From an uncultured Pseudomonadales bacterium (lineage in GTDB: Bacteria > Pseudomonadota > Gammaproteobacteria > Pseudomonadales > UBA7434), in NCBI GenBank assembly GCA_905480475.1, contig CAJQQO010000316.1:4374-28373 (forward strand): a DNA stretch of 24,000 nt, given 5' to 3'. Every line of letters starts with the position of its first letter. Positions within the stretch are counted from its first letter, which is position 1. Below are positions 21,247 to 24,000 of the stretch, in pieces. Below the pieces are notes generated by a model. It searched no databases. It was not told the origin of the DNA and worked only from the letters and a program-made list of their open reading frames with translations. A program made the translations under genes and the position numbers.

Positions 21247-21797
21247 CGGCTAGCCTCCCGATGTCGAAGCGTTGCTGGCGCCACACCAAAATCGTCAGGT
21301 GGCGGCGCAACCTTTAAAGCGCGAAGAATAAAACCCACCAAGGCTTGATGATGAATCGAATGACTATGTAAAAAAGCTAGCTCGCGACCAACACTGGATA
21401 ACTGCGGGTTAGCTTCTGCTACTACTGGCGAATTCGATGCGGCAGAAGCCTCGGCTGCCGAAATAGGCCCGGCATCGAGTTTAGTATCCATTGTGACTGA
21501 AATACTTTGCTCAAAGTTATCGATTGGCAACAAGGCCTCAATCAAACTTTTGATCCGCGCCGAAGCCTCTGAGCGATTAACTTCCAAACGTTGTTCGCGT
21601 GCGCGCTGATCATAATTAATATGCCCCGCCGTATGGCCTAGGACAAATGCCTGATAATGGTCAAGTACATGACGAACATGCGCGCCAATGGAGGAATTGT
21701 ATAAAGCCGGATCGGTATGGGTATATTGGCTATCGTCCAGCGCTTCGATAATTTGCGTAAAGCGCTGTAACAAAAATATGTTTTCTTGGTTTAACAA
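21234..21797 (-). CDS. DinB-superfamily (DinB_2 / YfiT-like) metal-binding four-helix-bundle protein
   Basis: Histidine-triad contexts typical of DinB_2: IGAHVRHVLDHY near the N-terminus and FLHSHSIHHQAL near the C-terminus. The start is TTG, and the 3' end overlaps the NRDE gene by 13 nt. Confidence 0.65.
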   Translation of the reverse strand: MLNQENIFLLQRFTQIIEALDDSQYTHTDPALYNSSIGAHVRHVLDHYQAFVLGHTAGHINYDQRAREQRLEVNRSEASARIKSLIEALLPIDNFEQSISVTMDTKLDAGPISAAEASAASNSPVVAEANPQLSSVGRELAFLHSHSIHHQALVGFILRALKVAPPPDDFGVAPATLRHREASRCAP

Positions 21798-22161
21798 TTT
21801 TCTATCACACTTCTCGTTAGTTTTTTAGTGGAGACAATTGATCATATGAGATTCACCATAATAGCGACCAAATTGACCAGCTACGACCCATTACTTAATG
21901 ATTAATTCCCTAGATTTAAATTTGCTTATCTAAACCATGGGCTAAAACCGTCGTATACGGCTATATGCAGCTACAGGCACCTTGCAGCAGGCTTGCTGGA
22001 CAAATCTCGCAGGCAAGTGGATTTGAGCGTGGTATAGTAAGCCAATTCGCTTGTCACTGCGCCCTAGGCGCTCAATAAACAGGCAATATTACTTATAATA
22101 TGCGCATCAGCCCTCAAACGGCATGCGCAGCAGATTATCCACACAGAGAGAAGCTCAAACA

Positions 22162-22596
22162 ATGAAAAAATACGCCCAATGGTTACTTGTCGGTTTTGTC
22201 GCGTTCGTCTTTATCCAATCACTGTTTTTTAAATTCAGCGGCTCTGAAGAAACCGTTATTATATTTAATACCATTGGCGAATGGATGTTATCAATTGGCT
22301 TGCCAGCCGGCCTTGCCGAAGCCTTTGCCAAGCATGGCGGTAACGTTATAGGTTCAACCGAACTGTTTGCGGTTATTCTACTGCTCATTCCCGCCAGCCG
22401 ATTACTTGGCGCATTGCTGAGCTTAGGCGTGATTAGCGGCGCAATTTTCTTTCATCTATTTACCCCTCTGGGCGTTAACCGCGTTATTGATGCGGCGGGA
22501 AATACCGATGGCGGTGCACTTTTTTATATGGCCTGTGGCGTTTGGATTTGCTCGGCAATATTGATCTGGCTTAACCGCCCACAAAGCCTTCGTTAG
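22162..22596 (+). CDS. DoxX-family integral membrane protein
   Basis: About four hydrophobic segments (WLLVGFVAFVFIQSLFF; STELFAVILLLIP; LGALLSLGVISGAIFFH; ALFYMACGVWICSAILIWL), typical of DoxX in size and pattern. I prefer ATG 22162 (MKKYAQW) over the tracked ATG 22123, which adds a 13-aa polar extension. Confidence 0.65.
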   Translation: MKKYAQWLLVGFVAFVFIQSLFFKFSGSEETVIIFNTIGEWMLSIGLPAGLAEAFAKHGGNVIGSTELFAVILLLIPASRLLGALLSLGVISGAIFFHLFTPLGVNRVIDAAGNTDGGALFYMACGVWICSAILIWLNRPQSLR

Positions 22597-22725
22597 ATAC
22601 GGCGCGATTATATGCACAGCTACGGTATGTGCAATGAGCAGCCAATCATCTAAAGTCCGCCCCTAAAATTTATTTATCGATCTGTCACATTCGCTGTGGC
22701 AGATTGTTTTACTATTAAGGCATTT

Positions 22726-24000
22726 ATGAAAGTCGTTTTTGAAACCGCTTTAGGTTCCTACCAAGTCCAGCGCTTGCCGCTACGAACCAAGCAGCCTTTA
22801 CAAGCTTGGGATGCCGCCGACGAGCTGCTATTAAATACGCTGGCGCAACAGTATCCGGAAAAGCTAACTGACTTAACTGACAAGACTGATAAGCAAACAT
22901 CGGCTTTATTATTAATCAACGATCAATTTGGCGCACTCGCTACCGCTTTATATCAGCATACTCCGGACTGCTGGAGCGATTCATTCATTAGCCATCAAGC
23001 CAGTGAGTTTAATATACAGGACAATTTTGCCGAGAAACAAAACGGCGAAGATGGCGATACGATTCAGCGCACAGTTAACGATACACTTAACTACCCTCTT
23101 AACTCCTCTCGTAACTACAGGCCAATAAAAAGCACTGAGGCACTACAGGGAAATTATTCCGTAGTGCTAATTAAAATACCCAAAACACTGGCTTTATTAG
23201 AGCAGCAATTAAGTACCTTAAGCCAGCATATAAGCGCTGATACTTTAATTATCGCGGCGGGCATGACAAAACATATCCACAACTCCACCCTCGCCTTATT
23301 TGAAAAATATATTGGTACAACTAAAACCTCCCGCGCCACTAAAAAGGCTAGGCTTATTTTTTCACAATGCGATAAATCGCAAAATGATCCGGACCAACAA
23401 AGCGCATTAATTGAATCTCGATATTTTTGCGAACAGCTTAACGCCGAACTAATCAGTTATGCCAATGGCTTTTCGCGCGAACGCTTGGATATTGGCGCAA
23501 GAGCCATGCTGCAAGCCTTGGAAAAAAACGACGTACCCAATGCGCATAATATTGCCGACTTATGCGCAGGTAACGGTGTACTAGGTCTTTACGCTGTAAA
23601 GAAATTAATCGCCCAAAAAGCATTTGCTGGCGACACCGAAGGCAATCAGCCGAAAGATGACAAGCTAACGATATCGTTTATTGATGAATCGTATATGGCG
23701 ATAGCTGCCGCACAAAGTAATTTCGACTTGCTTACACAAAGCGAAATTGACTCCAATATTCAAGGCCACTTTATCGCCCAAGATGGTATTCGGGCGAAAA
23801 AGCAAAACCGTTATGACTGGATCATTTGCAATCCGCCGTTTCATATTGGTACCAGCACCGACACTTCAGTCGCCAAGCGTATGCTTCAACAAAGCTACCA
23901 AGCCCTGCAAGTGAATGGCCAGCTTTGGGTGGTCGCGAATAGGCATTTAGATTATGCCGACACAATTCAAGATCTATTTAAAAACCATCAAATCATACTA
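22726..24000 (+). CDS. rlmG: 23S rRNA (guanine1835-N2)-methyltransferase RlmG, 5'-partial (runs off the window end)
   Basis: Absent from the ORF track. My translation from ATG 22726 is open to nt 24000 (425 codons): MKVVFETALGSYQVQRLPL..KQPLQAWDAADELLL…LINDQFGAL…VVLIKIPKTLALLEQQL…IIAAGMTKHIH.STL.LFEKY…DLCAGNGVLG…IICNPPFH…LWVVANRHLDY. It is collinear with E. coli RlmG (PLQAWEAADEYLL, VLIKVPKTLALLEQQL, NPPFH, VANRHLDY). Confidence 0.85.
   Translation, partial: MKVVFETALGSYQVQRLPLRTKQPLQAWDAADELLLNTLAQQYPEKLTDLTDKTDKQTSALLLINDQFGALATALYQHTPDCWSDSFISHQASEFNIQDNFAEKQNGEDGDTIQRTVNDTLNYPLNSSRNYRPIKSTEALQGNYSVVLIKIPKTLALLEQQLSTLSQHISADTLIIAAGMTKHIHNSTLALFEKYIGTTKTSRATKKARLIFSQCDKSQNDPDQQSALIESRYFCEQLNAELISYANGFSRERLDIGARAMLQALEKNDVPNAHNIADLCAGNGVLGLYAVKKLIAQKAFAGDTEGNQPKDDKLTISFIDESYMAIAAAQSNFDLLTQSEIDSNIQGHFIAQDGIRAKKQNRYDWIICNPPFHIGTSTDTSVAKRMLQQSYQALQVNGQLWVVANRHLDYADTIQDLFKNHQIIL

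Noticed and set aside
22928-23339. Tracked ORFs 22928-23128 (plus) and 23154-23339 (minus)
   Set aside because: Both lie inside the open, well-supported rlmG reading frame and have no recognisable features.

Overview
The window looks like chromosomal core DNA from a gammaproteobacterium. GC content is moderate by eye. The lineage guess rests on synteny only; a marine Cellvibrionales- or Oceanospirillales-like organism is possible but unproven. About 60% is a housekeeping block with the gene order shared by E. coli and Pseudomonas: (aat?)-bpt-infA, clpA-clpS, cspD, icd, then rluE-nudJ-mnmA-hflD-purB. Two less conserved blocks follow. Block A (11.4-16.3 kb, all minus strand) holds a secreted thioredoxin-like protein, a short CysH-type PAPS reductase, a spermidine-synthase-like SAM methyltransferase, a SIMPL/YggE-like periplasmic protein and a two-PDZ DegP/DegQ/MucD protease. 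Block B (16.9-22.6 kb) starts with a hemB gene that is full length and in frame except for one internal TAA codon, followed by a secreted START-domain lipid-binding protein. Convergent to these is a three-gene minus-strand cluster: a DinB-family protein, a TANGO2/NRDE-family protein overlapping it by 13 nt, and an OlsF-like bifunctional (LPLAT + OlsB-type GNAT) aminolipid acyltransferase. A DoxX membrane protein is transcribed divergently from the cluster. The window ends inside rlmG, which is missing from the ORF track because it runs off the edge. I found no tRNA or rRNA genes, CRISPR arrays, IS elements, integrases or recognisable defence genes. The best candidate for an undescribed system is the DinB / NRDE / OlsF-like cluster with its START and DoxX neighbours. 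All product calls come from reading the translated ORFs against remembered family motifs and reference sequences; no searches were run.
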